DNA of 61,898 bases, filler included, from Chiloscyllium plagiosum (Eukaryota), in the NCBI RefSeq assembly GCF_004010195.1. It is 3 parts of one record of this genome, joined end to end, with 100 filler letters (N's around TTAATTAATTAA, not from the genome) between each part and the next. Parts side by side here need not be neighbours in the genome. Positions count along the whole stretch, not along the records: positions 23,584 to 38,307 come from NC_057716.1; 2 more parts are not named here. One strand, written 5' to 3'. Within the stretch, counting starts at the first letter, position 1, and each line of letters starts with the position of its first letter. A model generated the notes under the pieces. That model was not told where the DNA came from and did no database searches. It saw only the letters and a program-made list of their open reading frames with translations. The position numbers and the translations under genes were made by a program. This document shows positions 25,139-37,705 of the stretch, one piece after another.

Positions 25139-26963
25139 CAAGTAAATGCAGAAAACAAGATGCCTGGAATAAAGAGGGAGGTTCCAAAAGTAGGGGACAA
25201 AAGAGTAAAATAGTCATTGATAATTCCAAAAACAAATTCACAAGATGTGTCTTTAATAGTAAAGTAATTCAAATGTGGAACTTAATACTCCATGGAGTAC
25301 TAGAGGTGAATCACATTGAATCACTTATGGGAAACTAGATAAGTATTGTAAGGAGAAAAAAACTGGAAAGGAAAGAAATGTTGATAGTGTGAGATGAAGC
25401 AATGTGGAAGGAGAAACATGTGAAACATTAACCCTGACCATGACCTGTTGGGCTGAGTATCCGGTTTCTGTGTAACTCGTCAGTAAAATGTAAGTAACTA
25501 CAACTCACTGTACTTTATGTACAGTCTGAAGTAAATCAATATTTCAGATTAATGAGTAACTTGCAACACCTTATAGCTTTTTTTATTGCTCATTGTTTAT
25601 TACTCCCAAATCCCTCATCCACAATATAGGTCTTAAAACAAACTAAGAGATCCCTAGTGAAGAACCAGTATCATCTAAAATTCATTGGTACTTCTGAGTT
25701 TTTCACAAGTGAATAAACAAAATAAGCCATACCGCTGAATGAACATCAATTTAAAACATTTTTGTTAAAACCCAGAAATTAAAATAATGAATATTAAGAT
25801 AATTAACACCACTAATGGAGTAATTTGTAATCATATGATACCACTGGTTGAGTAACTTCTAAAGAACTTTAATCTTACTTTTTTTTAGTTAAAACTACCA
25901 CTTTTACTGTCACCACTGTCACAATACCTAGAATAAGAGTGCTTCTTGATCAAATTCAATCTATCAGAAAAACGTGCAGCACCAATTCATTGAAAGATGT
26001 GAATTGAAATGTGTGCTAATATGAGGAAAACAGATTTAGAGGCAAGTGAGACAACTGAACTTAAGCAAAACCACCAGCAAAAGCTCAAGCATTATAATTG
26101 CTTACTTATACAATTTACAGTAATTTCAAAATACAGAAAAATAGTGGCATGTTTCAAATTATACAGCGCTGTTTGTCCTATTGTGCCAATGCCAGCATTT
26201 TGAAAACGTTGTCCGATTAGTTGACTGCTACTTTCTCCCTGCAGTCCTACAAATGTTTCCTTTTCAATTATATATCCAATTCCCTTTTCAAAGCCCTATT
26301 GCATGTGCTTCCACCCTTCGTTCACAGTGAATTTCTGATCCTCACAACCCTGAATGAAAAGAAAGCCTCATCTTTTCTCTGTTCCTTAATTAAAAACCTA
26401 TGAAAAAATGGCAAGCGCCAAAAATATTGAATTAAATATGACAGTCCTGTCAAGCAAATAACCTCTCCTAAAAGGGAAGTTTTGCCACAGTTGTAATCTA
26501 CAATACGTTTTGTTAAAACAAAGTATAGTATAAGGTCTGGATTCAAGTCCCACCAGCTCCAACTGTGTCATAACATCTCTGAACAGACTGATTAAAAATA
26601 TTTACCAGTCATCGAGCAGTGACCATCAAAACTCTGTGCATTTTTCTTTCTTTACAAGTTTTTCCAGAACTTTTCAGGGCCAACAACATTTAAAGAACAA
26701 AAAAAAATTATGATACACCGTACAATATTTAAATTTGATCATCTATCTTTCCGATTGATCCCCAGGTGACCACTTTCTTCATGTATTATTTTCTGAGACA
26801 TTCCTCTGCAAACTGAACAGATTTTCCAAGCAAACAAGCATTAATGAGTTTTACAGAAGTTTTCATACCACAGTATGTGTTTTCTCTCAAACTGATTAAG
26901 GATTTTGCATCCAATCTGATTAGTTGACCCTTAATACCAAGAACATAATGCTTTTATGCCTAC

Positions 26964-27010
26964 CTGAACAGCAAGACAGGAAGCATTGTCTGACAGCAAA
27001 ATCTGTTCCC
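26964..27010 (-). CDS. MTX2: Metaxin-2 coding exon 3 (GEQILLSDNASCLAVQ)
   Basis: cctctcattatgcag acceptor, CAG|gtaggc donor, 47 nt; matches MTX2 GEQILLSDNAASLAVQ; exons 1-3 total 135 nt = 45 codons. Confidence 0.97.
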
Positions 27011-27737
27011 CTGCATAATGAGAGGACAAAAGTTATATAGAAGGAAATTTTATCACCTGAATCAGACCATTAGTACACAATAATCTTTTAGCATTGCTTA
27101 CCTAAAGCAAGAAAAGTCTCCAATGGCATTCTAAAAAGCTATTTGAAGCTAACATTATAAAACATTTCAGTCTGTCAGAAGAAAGAAAGATGACAAGTTC
27201 ACTGCAATAAAAATTCCTTGGTTTAGAGGACTGGGGCAGCAACCCATTAGTCTTCATTACTTTGCAGTCTACTGACAACTGGAGCAGGCTGCTGTGCCCC
27301 AAATGGGGGCCGTAACATGAGCTGATGATATATGAACAGCTGCTAAAGGAAAACTGAACTGTCTCTACCAATGTGAAGCATTTTAAAGTTCTTTTTTTTA
27401 ATGAGAGCCACATTTGCCATAATATTTAAATATCTGATGGACCTACAAATCATTTCCCAACTGTTGGTAAACCTATCAATAGGGTTTTCAACCATATCAT
27501 TTCACAACAAGCTATTTACTTGCTGAATAATAAATCATGAAGGCAAGATTTCATGAATGTCTTGTTTATTTGACAGACACATGTCAGCAAAATCATCTTA
27601 ATAGGATGAAGTACCACCAAGTATTAAAATTTTCCACGACATGCACCGAATCTTTGATTGAAAAACACAATTAGTTGCAAAAACAAATGATGCAGTATAA
27701 AGTATTACAAGATTTAATTCTAAAACACAATGCCTAC

Positions 27738-27785
27738 CTTTCAAGGGTTGATACAGTGTTGCATTTTCGGGCCAAGGTTCTGCAG
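27738..27785 (-). CDS. MTX2: Metaxin-2 coding exon 2 (AAEPWPENATLYQPLK)
   Basis: ttttgttgttacag acceptor, AAG|gtaggc donor, 48 nt; near-identical to human MTX2 AAEPWPENATLYQQLK as recalled. Confidence 0.97.
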
Positions 27786-27904
27786 CTGTAACAACAAAAT
27801 AAATGCATGAAATGTATAGGCATAAAGAACCACATCTGAACTCAAAACAGTAGACCTAACTTCGGAGGAGAACTATCTCCATTTTATTACAAAAATGTGC
27901 TAAA

Positions 27905-29100
27905 AACATAAGAACATTAGATATATGTGCAGGAGTAAGCCATCGAGTCTGCTCCAGCATTAAATAAGACCGTAGCTGATCTTTTCACAGACTCAGCTCC
28001 ATGTACCTGCCCGCTCACTATAATCATTAATTCCTTTACAGTTCAAAAATCTATCTTTGCTTTAAAAATATTCAATAAGGTAGACTCAAATGTTTCATTG
28101 GGCAGGAAATTCCAGATTCACAACCCTTTGAATAAAGAAGTTCCTCCTCCACTCAGTCCTAAATCTGTTCCCCCTTATTTTGAGGCTATTCCCCTTAGTT
28201 CTAGTTTCACCTGCCAGTGGAAACAACCTTTCTGCTTCTATCTTATGTATTCCTGTCATAATTTTATAAGTTTCTGTAAGATTCCCCCCTCATTCTTCTA
28301 AATTCCAATGAGTATAATCCCTCCCACAAGCCAATCCTCTCATGTTGAGGGTTGTACAAAACTCTGATGCAGTTGCACTTGGAGTATTGCGTACAATTCT
28401 GGTCACCGCATTACAGGAAAGATGTGGAAGTGTTGGAAAGGGTTCAGAGGAGACTTACTAGGATGTTGTCTGGCATGGAGGGAAGATCTTATGAGGAAAG
28501 GCTGAGGGACTTGCGGCTGACTTTGTGAGAAAGAAGATTGAGAGGTTACTTAATTGAGGCATATAATATAATCAGAGAGTTGGATAGGGTCGACTGGACA
28601 GTGAGAGCCTTTTTCCGTCAAATGATGATGGCCAGCATGAGGGGCCACACCTTTAAACTGAGGGGTGATAGATATAGGACAGCTGTCAGAGGTAGTTTCT
28701 TTACTCAGAGAGTAGTAAGGGGCAACAGTAGTAGACTCGCAAACTTTAAGGGCATTTAAATGATCATTGGATAAACATATGATTGAAAATGGAATAGTGC
28801 AGGTTAATGGTCTTCAGATTGGTTTCACAGGCCGGCTCAACATCAGAGAGCCAAAGGGCTTGTACTGCGCTGTAAAGTTCTATGTTCTCTCAATTCTGGA
28901 ATCAACCTGGTGAGCCTCCTCTCCACCCCTCCATTGCCAGTACATCTTTCTCAAAAGATACACAGGTATGACCTCAAAAGAACCAGAAACAGTGACAGCT
29001 TAACCAACATGTTTTTAAACTCCATCCCTCTGGCAATGCAGGATAATATGCCATTTGCCTTCTTATTTACTTGCTGCACCTGCAAACCACCTTTGTTTGA
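27905..29100 (-). mobile_element. CR1 3' fragment with a nested opposite-strand CR1 (about 28343-28888)
   Basis: Plus-strand insert encodes RGYLIEAYNII..FTQRVVR and ends ttctatgttct; flanks are minus-strand CR1. Confidence 0.82.
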
Positions 29101-29945
29101 TTTTTTTTATTTATTCATTTGTGGAATGTGGGCATTGCTGGCTGGCCAGCATTTATTGCCCTTGAGGAGATGGTGGTGAGCTGCCTTCTTGAACTGCTGC
29201 AGTCCACCTACTGTTGGTTGCCCCACAATGTCATTAGGGTGGGAATTCCAGGATTTTGACCCAGTGACAGTGAAGGAACAGCAATACATTTTCAAGTCAG
29301 GATGATGAGTGACTTGGACTTGAAGGTGATGATGTTCCCATATATCTGTTGCCCTTTAGATGGAAGTGGTCATGGGTTTGGAAGGTGCAGTTGGAGGATC
29401 TTTGGTGAAATGTTGCAGTGCATCTTGTAGATAGTATACACTGCCGTGACTGAGCGTTGGTGGTGGAGGAAGTGGATGCTTGTGGGCTTAGTGTTAATCC
29501 AGTAAGCTGCTTTTCTTGGATGATGTCGAGCTTCTTGACTGTTGTTGGGGCTGCACTCATCCAGACAAGCGAGGAGTATTCCATCACATTCCTGACTTGT
29601 GCCTTGTAGATGGTGGACAAGCTTTGGGGAGTTAAAAGGTGAGTTACTTGCTATAGTATTCCTAGCCTCTGACTGTTCTTATAGCTACAGTGTTTATGTG
29701 GTGTCCAGTTGGGTTTCTGGTCAATGATAACCACCAGGGCGTTGATGGTGGGGGATTCAGTGATGGTAGCACCATTGAATGTCATGGGGCGGTGGTTAGA
29801 TTGCATCTTATTGGCGATGGTTATAGCCTGGCATTTGAGGGGTGTAAATGTTGCTTGCCACTTGTCAGCCCAAGTGTGGATATTGTCCAGATCATGTTGC
29901 ATTTGAGCACATCTGAGGAGTCACAAATGGTACTGAACATTGAGA
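29100..29945 (-). mobile_element. L2/Crack-like LINE 3' fragment
   Basis: QHDLDNIHTWADKWQ, STIYKAQVRNVMEYSSLVWMSAAPT, KSWNSHP; tail cacattccacaaatgaataaataaaa. Confidence 0.88.
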
Positions 29946-30164
29946 TTCATGAGTCCTATTTGTACAACATACTTTGTGACTTCAAATCACTGAAAAAGTT
30001 CTCTAATCCTGATAAATGATAAAACAATTCATTTAAATACACTAATGATTTTTGCTGAACTACAAATTTTATTATGTTTCCCAGCAATTAGCTTATCCAG
30101 TTGACATGACATGAGAAGTTTGAAATCAACTATCAAGTTAGTTAACCCAATCATTAGATCAAAC

Positions 30165-30975
30165 AAAATAGTAATAGGCCAATTTACATCTTCAGCCAGT
30201 TCCACCAGTCAGTAAAATCATGACTGATCAGATTGTGGCCCCTATTCCATTTTCCTGATTGCATCTATAACCCTCAATAACGTTTTGAAAAAAAAAATCT
30301 ATTGAACTCAGCTTCAATGGCTCTCTAAGATAAAGAGCAACACTAAGAAGAAATTTCTCATCTGTCTCAAATGGAAGACCCTTCATTTGCAAACTGCACA
30401 TCATGTTCTTGACTCCCAAGGTGAAACATTCATTCAGCATTTACCGAGACAATCTGTTTGAGTCTCATATATTTAAATTAGATCATTCTTCTAAACTCTA
30501 ATGAAACTCTAACCTGCTCAACCTTCCTCATAAGACAGCTCTTTTATCCCAGGAATCAGCCTAGCCAACCTTTTCTGAACTACTTTCAGTAAGATTAAAC
30601 AAAGCAACCAAAACTTAACATAGTACCTTAAACATGGTCTCATCAATGTCCTATTCAATTGTAGAAAGACTTGTCTACTATTATATACTTCATCCCCGTG
30701 CAATAAATACCAATATTACATTTGTTTCCAAATCACTTGCTGTACCCGCATGCTAACTTTTTGTCACCTAGAGCTCTCCATACCATAGCATTCCATGATT
30801 TCCTTCCATTTAAATAATATTCTATTTTTCTATTCTTCCTGCCAAAATGATCAACTTCACATTTTCCCCACACTTGCCTAATATTTACTTACCTACTTAA
30901 ATCTACATTCCTTTCCAGATTCTTAGTATCTTATTCACAAATTGCTTGCCTACCTATTTTTTGAATTGTTAGTTA
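30165..30975 (-). mobile_element. Old CR1 fragment
   Basis: RTLMRPCLRYYVKFW..KVVQKRLARLIPG..SYEE. Confidence 0.75.
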
Positions 30976-33867
30976 ACTGAACATAACAGTTATCAGTGGG
31001 ACTTTGAAAGCAAAACTAAAAACAAGGTGAAAAGACTTTGCAAGAATGAATGTGTAAGAGCATGATGGATAAAACAGCAGCAAGTAAGAGGAGAGTAATT
31101 AAAAGACAAAAGTCATAAGCAGAAAATGCCAAATGAACGTTCGAGCAGCGTAGGTAGTCCAGAAGGTTGAGGTGGTTCAATAAGACATGTAAAGCATGAA
31201 TAAAGTTCCTGGAATTATTTCATAGAGATTATAGCTTTAAGATAAGGGACAGCAGATAGAAAACAGAAGTGAAGAAATTACTTCTCTCAGTCTGTGGAAT
31301 TCACTACCCCACAGTATAACGGATGCTCGGACATTGAGTAAATTTGAGGAGGAGACATCGGGTTAGTCATTAGTCCTAGGGTTGAAAAGTGATGGAGAAT
31401 GAGCAGGCAAATGCAGTTGAGGTCAAGTTGAGCTTAGTCATGATCATATCAAAATAGAACAGGCTCTAGGAGCTGAATTGCCTTCACCTGTTCCTAGTTG
31501 TTCTGTTATATTCATTGGAGCACAGAATTAATGGACCCTAGTGAACATCAAGATAACAAAGATCAAGAGACCTCAAAGTAGTAGAAAAATAAGGAAAACT
31601 TTTCAAAAGAAGCTGCAATTTGTAGAGGGAAAAGACCAGGAAAGTATTTGAGTCACTGAGCTGATAGTTATTAAAGATGTGAATAAAAATTATAGCGTCA
31701 TGAGGAAGTAAACATTGAGACTTGCAAGGTAAAAGGTAGCAGAATGCAGTACAATGGTTTTACACACACATGCTGTCAGTATAGTAACCGTGTAGTTCTG
31801 TTACACCAGTGTACATTAGACACTTGTAATATACTAACCACTTCATAAGCCAGCTAAAAACTAGGCAATTCTCCAGATTACCTGGCTGTCAAAAATTAAA
31901 TTCAGACTTTACCTTTTTTTCTACAAATACCACTAGCTAAAGCCAACTTTTAGAACACATTCCTCATTTGCTTGAAGTCACAAAAACAGAAACTAGCCAT
32001 ATAATTACAGGTCAGAAAACCTTCACTTACTATATTCATTTTATTAGCAGGATTTTTTTCCCTGACTCTGAGATGACAGTTTACCTTTAATATTTACTTC
32101 AAGCAAATAAATTATGTTAACAATGCTGACAACTTCAAAACAACAAAAGCTTTGTAAAGATTTAAATAAGTGTTACAATATTTTCCTAATAATTATGGTT
32201 AACCTGATTAGTCACCCTTAAAATAAACAATAATAAAAGTGTAAAAACTTCTCAAGAAAGTTATAAATCCAGTGGTTTGTCAAACAACAGCATGGTATTA
32301 TTTTGTGATTAAGATGTAAAAAAACTTCCTATAATACCATACCTAAGTGATAAATTAATAATCCTACACTTCTAAACAAACAAATTAGGAGGAATAAAAA
32401 GTTTCAGTCCTACAACAAGAAATATATGTAACAAACACTAAATATATTTTATCTAAAAAAAAGCTTTTGTTAGCAACAGCGGATTAATACGAAACTAAAT
32501 TCAGTAATATAAATATTAGTCATCTGTGAAACTCAAAAACAAATTATAAAAAAAGTGTGCATTGCATTTCAGTGACCATACACAACTTTATCTATATTTT
32601 GTTTCAAATGGAGAATCAAGTGAAACAGTGCCTCTATTTACTGGAATATCTTTAGGAATTATATCTGCAGAACAACTTCCAATACAAATTTTGATAAAAC
32701 GGAAAAATAAAAATTTAATATAAAAACAGTTTTAATACCAGGAAATAGTCCATGTTTGAACCTTCTGTCTCTATGGATTGTTCAAGACCAATAAATAATG
32801 GAACAGTAAATATCACAGATGACAGCTACAGCTGTGATTTTCAGGCTAAAATAACAGTCTTGTACAAAACATGCATTTTAAAAGGTACTGAACATGATGT
32901 AAAATTTCTTATATCACCAAACACAAATTACATGTAGCTTAACCACACAAGCCTGTTTTCTATCACAGTGATTTATGACACAAAAAAACTCCACTAAAAT
33001 CAAACTTCATTTATCCTTGGGCCACATATTTCCATAGCATATGGATTACAGTTTGCTACTCACTACGTCTAGAGCATAAAAGGAAATTTCCCCAAGGTCT
33101 TCTGCTTATCAATAGAGGTCTCTATAACATTTCAATATCTGATTTTTGTAATATGCAATTTAAATTAGGTTTGATAAAATCAAAATAGCAGGCATAAAGC
33201 AAAGTTTATTAGGCTTTCCACCTTCCATTCTTAACAAAGGCACTGGCATTTTGATTGGTATAGATCCACATAGACAAAGGAAGCCCTCTGCCACTTCACC
33301 ATCCTGCCTAGTTTTAAGTGCCGAGACAGCAAATTTCAGGAGGTTGTTGAGCTACATAGAGAATTATAATCAAGATTAATATCCACACTTGTCTGTGTTC
33401 CTGTTAGGGCTAAGTCGATAGCAGCCGAGAGATTCCCACCAAATTTATAAACATCTAATACAGTTGCTCACAAATGTACATTCATGAGCAGAATCATGTA
33501 AGGAGTCAGTTTTCTTTGCTGTTTGAGTTAACTGAATACTTAGCCAAAGGAACAATGTCAATAGCCAGACCATATTACAAGGCCTACAATTTTTGTGGAT
33601 ACAAACAATATTTCATTACATCAATGCCTGGGCTGGTAATCTCAGTTCATGAACCTGCTTGTGCCATCTAACTATTATTGCTGTTTCAATATTATTAGGC
33701 ACTGTTCCAGTAACAAATATAAATACAGAAGATGCATTCACAAAAGCAAACACAAATTTGGCCTAGCCTGTTAAAGCTATGAACAACTGAGCTTCATAAA
33801 GCAAAATGTTCCCGGTTATTATTTCCAGTCTTTTATACAATGGAGCACTATAGCTCATCGAGCATCC

Positions 33868-34190
33868 TTTTTTTTTTAAATGCACTCACAGGGTATGGGC
33901 ATTGCTGGCTATGCCAGCATTTATTGCTTATCCTTCATTGCCCAGAGGGCAGTTAAGAGTCAGCTACATTACTGTGGGTCTGCAGTCACACATAGGCCAG
34001 ACCAGATAAGGATAACATATTTCCTTGACTAAAAGGGCATTAGGGAACCAGATGGGTTTTTCCGACAGTTGACACTGGCTTCGTAGTCACCTATAGACCC
34101 TTAATTCCAGATTCTTAATTGAATTCAAATTCATTCATGGCAGGATTTGAACCCAGGTCTCCAGAACATTAGTTGAGTTTCTGGATAAAA
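33868..34190 (-). mobile_element. Deu-domain SINE (SacSINE1-like)
   Basis: Box-B-like ggttcaaatcc on the minus strand, central aaaaacccatctggtt..tggtctggcct..gact.cagacccacag block, 3' tail shared with the L2/Crack-like LINE. Confidence 0.72.
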
Positions 34191-35689
34191 ATAAACTGAT
34201 AACACCTTAACAGCGTACCTGTGCCTGATCAAGGTCAACGGGCAGTTACCACTGCAAGAAGAAAATATGTGATTGTCCAGTAAAAACAAAAATAGTTGCA
34301 CTAATTCCCCTATTAGTTAACACTCACTGTCTAGATTGAGAAATGTGGAGTGCTACTTGACTGTGGTATCAGAGAATAACCAGCATCCATGAAACCACGT
34401 TTGTACAAGAACTGATATCTTCATTGCAAAAGGAAGGAAATAAGAAAAATTGGTTCAAAGAGAGGGAAATTGCCAAAGCAAACTATTTTAATGGATGCGT
34501 CCTTCCAGCAACATACTTTAATGTATCTAACTTACATTGATGGTACACAAAGTCTTGTAACTTCCAGCAACCCCAGAAAAAGTTCAAGGCGTTACAACCT
34601 GGTTCCTAGCACATATAAACGTACAACATAAAACTCAGCCATACTTTAGCAAAATTTGGTTAATCTTAAAGGATGGTTGAGGAGAGAGATGGTTCCAACA
34701 AGTTTCAGGGAACTTTTGTTTGCATTGGCTACTTCATACTAATCTGGAAAGGCTTTACGTTGACAGCGATCCCCAAATTGGAAAAACATTCCATTCCCAA
34801 CACAAACATCTTGCCTTAATTAGAAGGATTATACAGTAACTAGCAGCATGCAATTTATGAAGCCAGTTTCAATTTCAGCACTAATATATTAACAAAACGT
34901 TCAAGGTTTCCTTCTGTATTGGCAGATTCAGCGATTTACATTAGACTGATAACATTATATGCATGTACAATAAATAGACTACAGCCTCATGCATCGTGCA
35001 GAAATGCTATCACTGAAATGGCACTGCCAAAATTTACAGAAGCTAGCAATTATAGTGAATTGAAATGGAGTGTTAATTTTAAGGCGGTGGAGTGACTTCG
35101 CTTACAGCCCAGGAGATAAAGAGCCCAAAGATACAATCCATGGTCTTGACAGTGTTGAGTTAGGAAGGAGAGAAAGCAAAGGCCAGGAAATTTCCTTGGA
35201 ACTTCTTCCATATTGCAGCTCTAGCCTTGCCTAATAAACAGTGAAAACTTGTTCACACGTGGAACAAAAATAACTCCAAAAGAAATTCTTGCTGAGGAGG
35301 AACACAAAGAAAGTAGTTTTTCATCTTTATTCATCAGTGTCTGTTGGATCGACCGTCTGTGGGAATTAAGTTCCAACAAAATCTGAGTGTTGCCAGTTTA
35401 ACAGTTTTCTGTTAAATTGTTTAACTTCTGCAAGGTTGGTAAGTGAAACAATGTTTTATATTGCCTCTAATCTCCTTTACATTCTATAGGTTCTCACCAT
35501 ATTTTTCCTTAGTTGTATTGAAGTTGACCACCAATCCTCTTAATTTCCACCTATTACACCTCTGAATTATTCAATTTCTTCTTGACTTATACATGGTGCT
35601 ATGAAAGAAGAAATTTAATTCTGTTTCAAATTTTCTTTAAAAATTCTGGTCACGCAGAAACTTTTATTTTAAAAAAACACGTTGTTCCC

Positions 35690-35955
35690 CAATATAGCAA
35701 GCGGTGGAATTTGAATTCAGTAAGAAAGCCTGAAATTAGCAATCTAACGATGACCATGAATCCATAATCAATTATCAGAAAAACCTATCTGGTTCACTGA
35801 TGTCTTTTAGTCAAGGAAACTGCCAACCTTACCTGGTCTGACATACACATGACTCCAGACCCACAGCAATGTGGTTGACTTAACTGCCGTTGGGGTGATC
35901 AGAGATAAATGCTTGCCAGCCAGCAATATCCTCATCCCACTAATGAATAAAAACA
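35690..35955 (+). mobile_element. Deu-domain SINE (SacSINE1-like), 5'-truncated
   Basis: tggaatttgaattca, aaaaacctatctggttcact, cttacctggtctg, gactccagacccacagcaatgtggttgact, catcccactaatgaataaaa. Confidence 0.75.
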
Positions 35956-36029
35956 AAACCAAGTGAGGAGAGGTGAATCGGCTCCTGTTTTTTCAACCTC
36001 ATGGGTGGGCATAAAATTTACGTCCCTTT

Positions 36030-36305
36030 TCTTTTCTCCTATTGACTCCCAGACACCTACTGTATTCATTCCTCCCATTGACCGACCAGGTCATACCATC
36101 TACCTGCCTTCACCTATCCCCACTTCTCCATCCTGACCCCAAAACCCTCTCTATCTGCAGCACCCCTATACCCAACCCCAGTCCTGAAGGTTTACCCACG
36201 AAACATCGTCTTCTCCACCTCTTGACGCTGCTTGGTTTGCTGTGTTCTTCTAGCCTCCTGCTTGTCTACCTTGGATTCCAGCATCTGCAGGGTTTTTTTG
36301 TCTCT
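36030..36305 (+). mobile_element. Penelope 3' UTR fragment with degenerate hammerhead
   Basis: Pyrimidine-rich stretch, then gtcCTGAAGgtttacccacGAAAcaTCgtc, then gctgcttggtttgctgtgttct..ttccagcatctgcag. Confidence 0.72.
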
Positions 36306-37705
36306 GAGGCAACATATCTCTCCAGTTAAAACATAGGTAACCAGTTTCCAATGCAGCAGGAAGGGACCATATGCAAGGATTTCTTCAGTGAAACACAGCA
36401 CAATTTTATTATCGACTAATCACAAGAAAAATAGTGGACACAACGTCAAGCATACTCACAGGCACAAAAGTTAGAACAAACATAGTGTCCAGTACAAAAG
36501 GAAGAGGAAAGGAACACACTGTCTATATGTACAGTAGAGACAAGTGTCTTTAAGGCACCAGATTTTAACCTAAAATCATGGTTATTTACTGAATGTCTTC
36601 AATTATCAGCAGTAGCAAATACCACAAAGTTTTTTTCTAAGTTCTTCGCATCCAAATGATTTTTCTTCAATCAGTTCTGTCACTGAGCACTTGGCTTTCT
36701 TCAAAACCAGACAGCACTTTCTCCAGCTGGATCTGTTTCTACAATAGAATCCATTTCTCGTACTCTGACAAAAGCAACTCTGAAATACAAGATGGTTTGT
36801 GTATTTCCATGTCTGATGTATAAATGAAAATAGGAGCCAAGGATCTTTTTATACCTGACTGGGTTGACCAGTTTCAGCGCCTTTTGATAAAGCATTAAAT
36901 TCATTTCAAGCCTTGTTTATTCCATGTTAGTTTCATAGAATATGGTTAACATATCTGGTCAGGTGACTTGTATCAAAGTCAGTGTTTCGTCCCTCTTCAA
37001 AATCATTTTAGTCCATGAAATTATTAAAATCAGAATGGAATTTGAATAGTGTGTATTTTATCACCATTATGACAGAACATGTACAATGAGCTCAACTGGA
37101 AGTATTTTCAAAATGGATATGCTGCAACATAATCTGCAAGAAAATAGTTCAAAATGACTTTTTGGGAAATAAGTAAATAAGAAATGCTAACAGTTCTTAT
37201 TCCAACAGGTTGGAACATGCTTCAATCTTGGTATCTGCAAAGGCTAGATAGTATTAGATTATTTTGGCAAACACTACGCCATGCAAGTGTTTGTATTAAA
37301 TCTTTGGAAAATGACCAAAAAATTGCACAACAGTTGTGGGATATCTTTGTAATTTTTGGTTCTGTTACAAGTGAGACTAACCTGAATTTCTATGTACACA
37401 TTGTTTGTCAAGCCAGCATTTGTATTATTGAGCTCCAGTTGCTCTAAGGTGGTGCTGGCCTTGTTACTTGAATGATTGCAACCGTATCAGTTTGATTATA
37501 ATGAAGTTATTCACCCAGAACAGGATTCTTTCCATTAAAAATGTATTTTTTATAACAATTAACGACTTTGTGCTCACTCTGATTGACCAGTTTGTTTTTG
37601 TCATCTTTATCATTTGTTAATTATGAAGGTGAGATCTGAAGTCACATGCATTCGATTACTGGCACAGGCTTCCAATTGCTGGACTGTTTTTAAAGTTACA
37701 AAAAA

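Noticed and set aside
32588..32664. Possible alternative terminal exon (DIIPKDIPVNRG..)
   Set aside because: Weak pyrimidine tract and no homology; expected by chance in an 18-kb intron
36620..36779. Possible extra MTX2 exon (good acceptor ttgtatttcag, one open frame)
   Set aside because: In the phase required by exon 1 it hits a stop after 13 codons; weak donor; no MTX2 similarity
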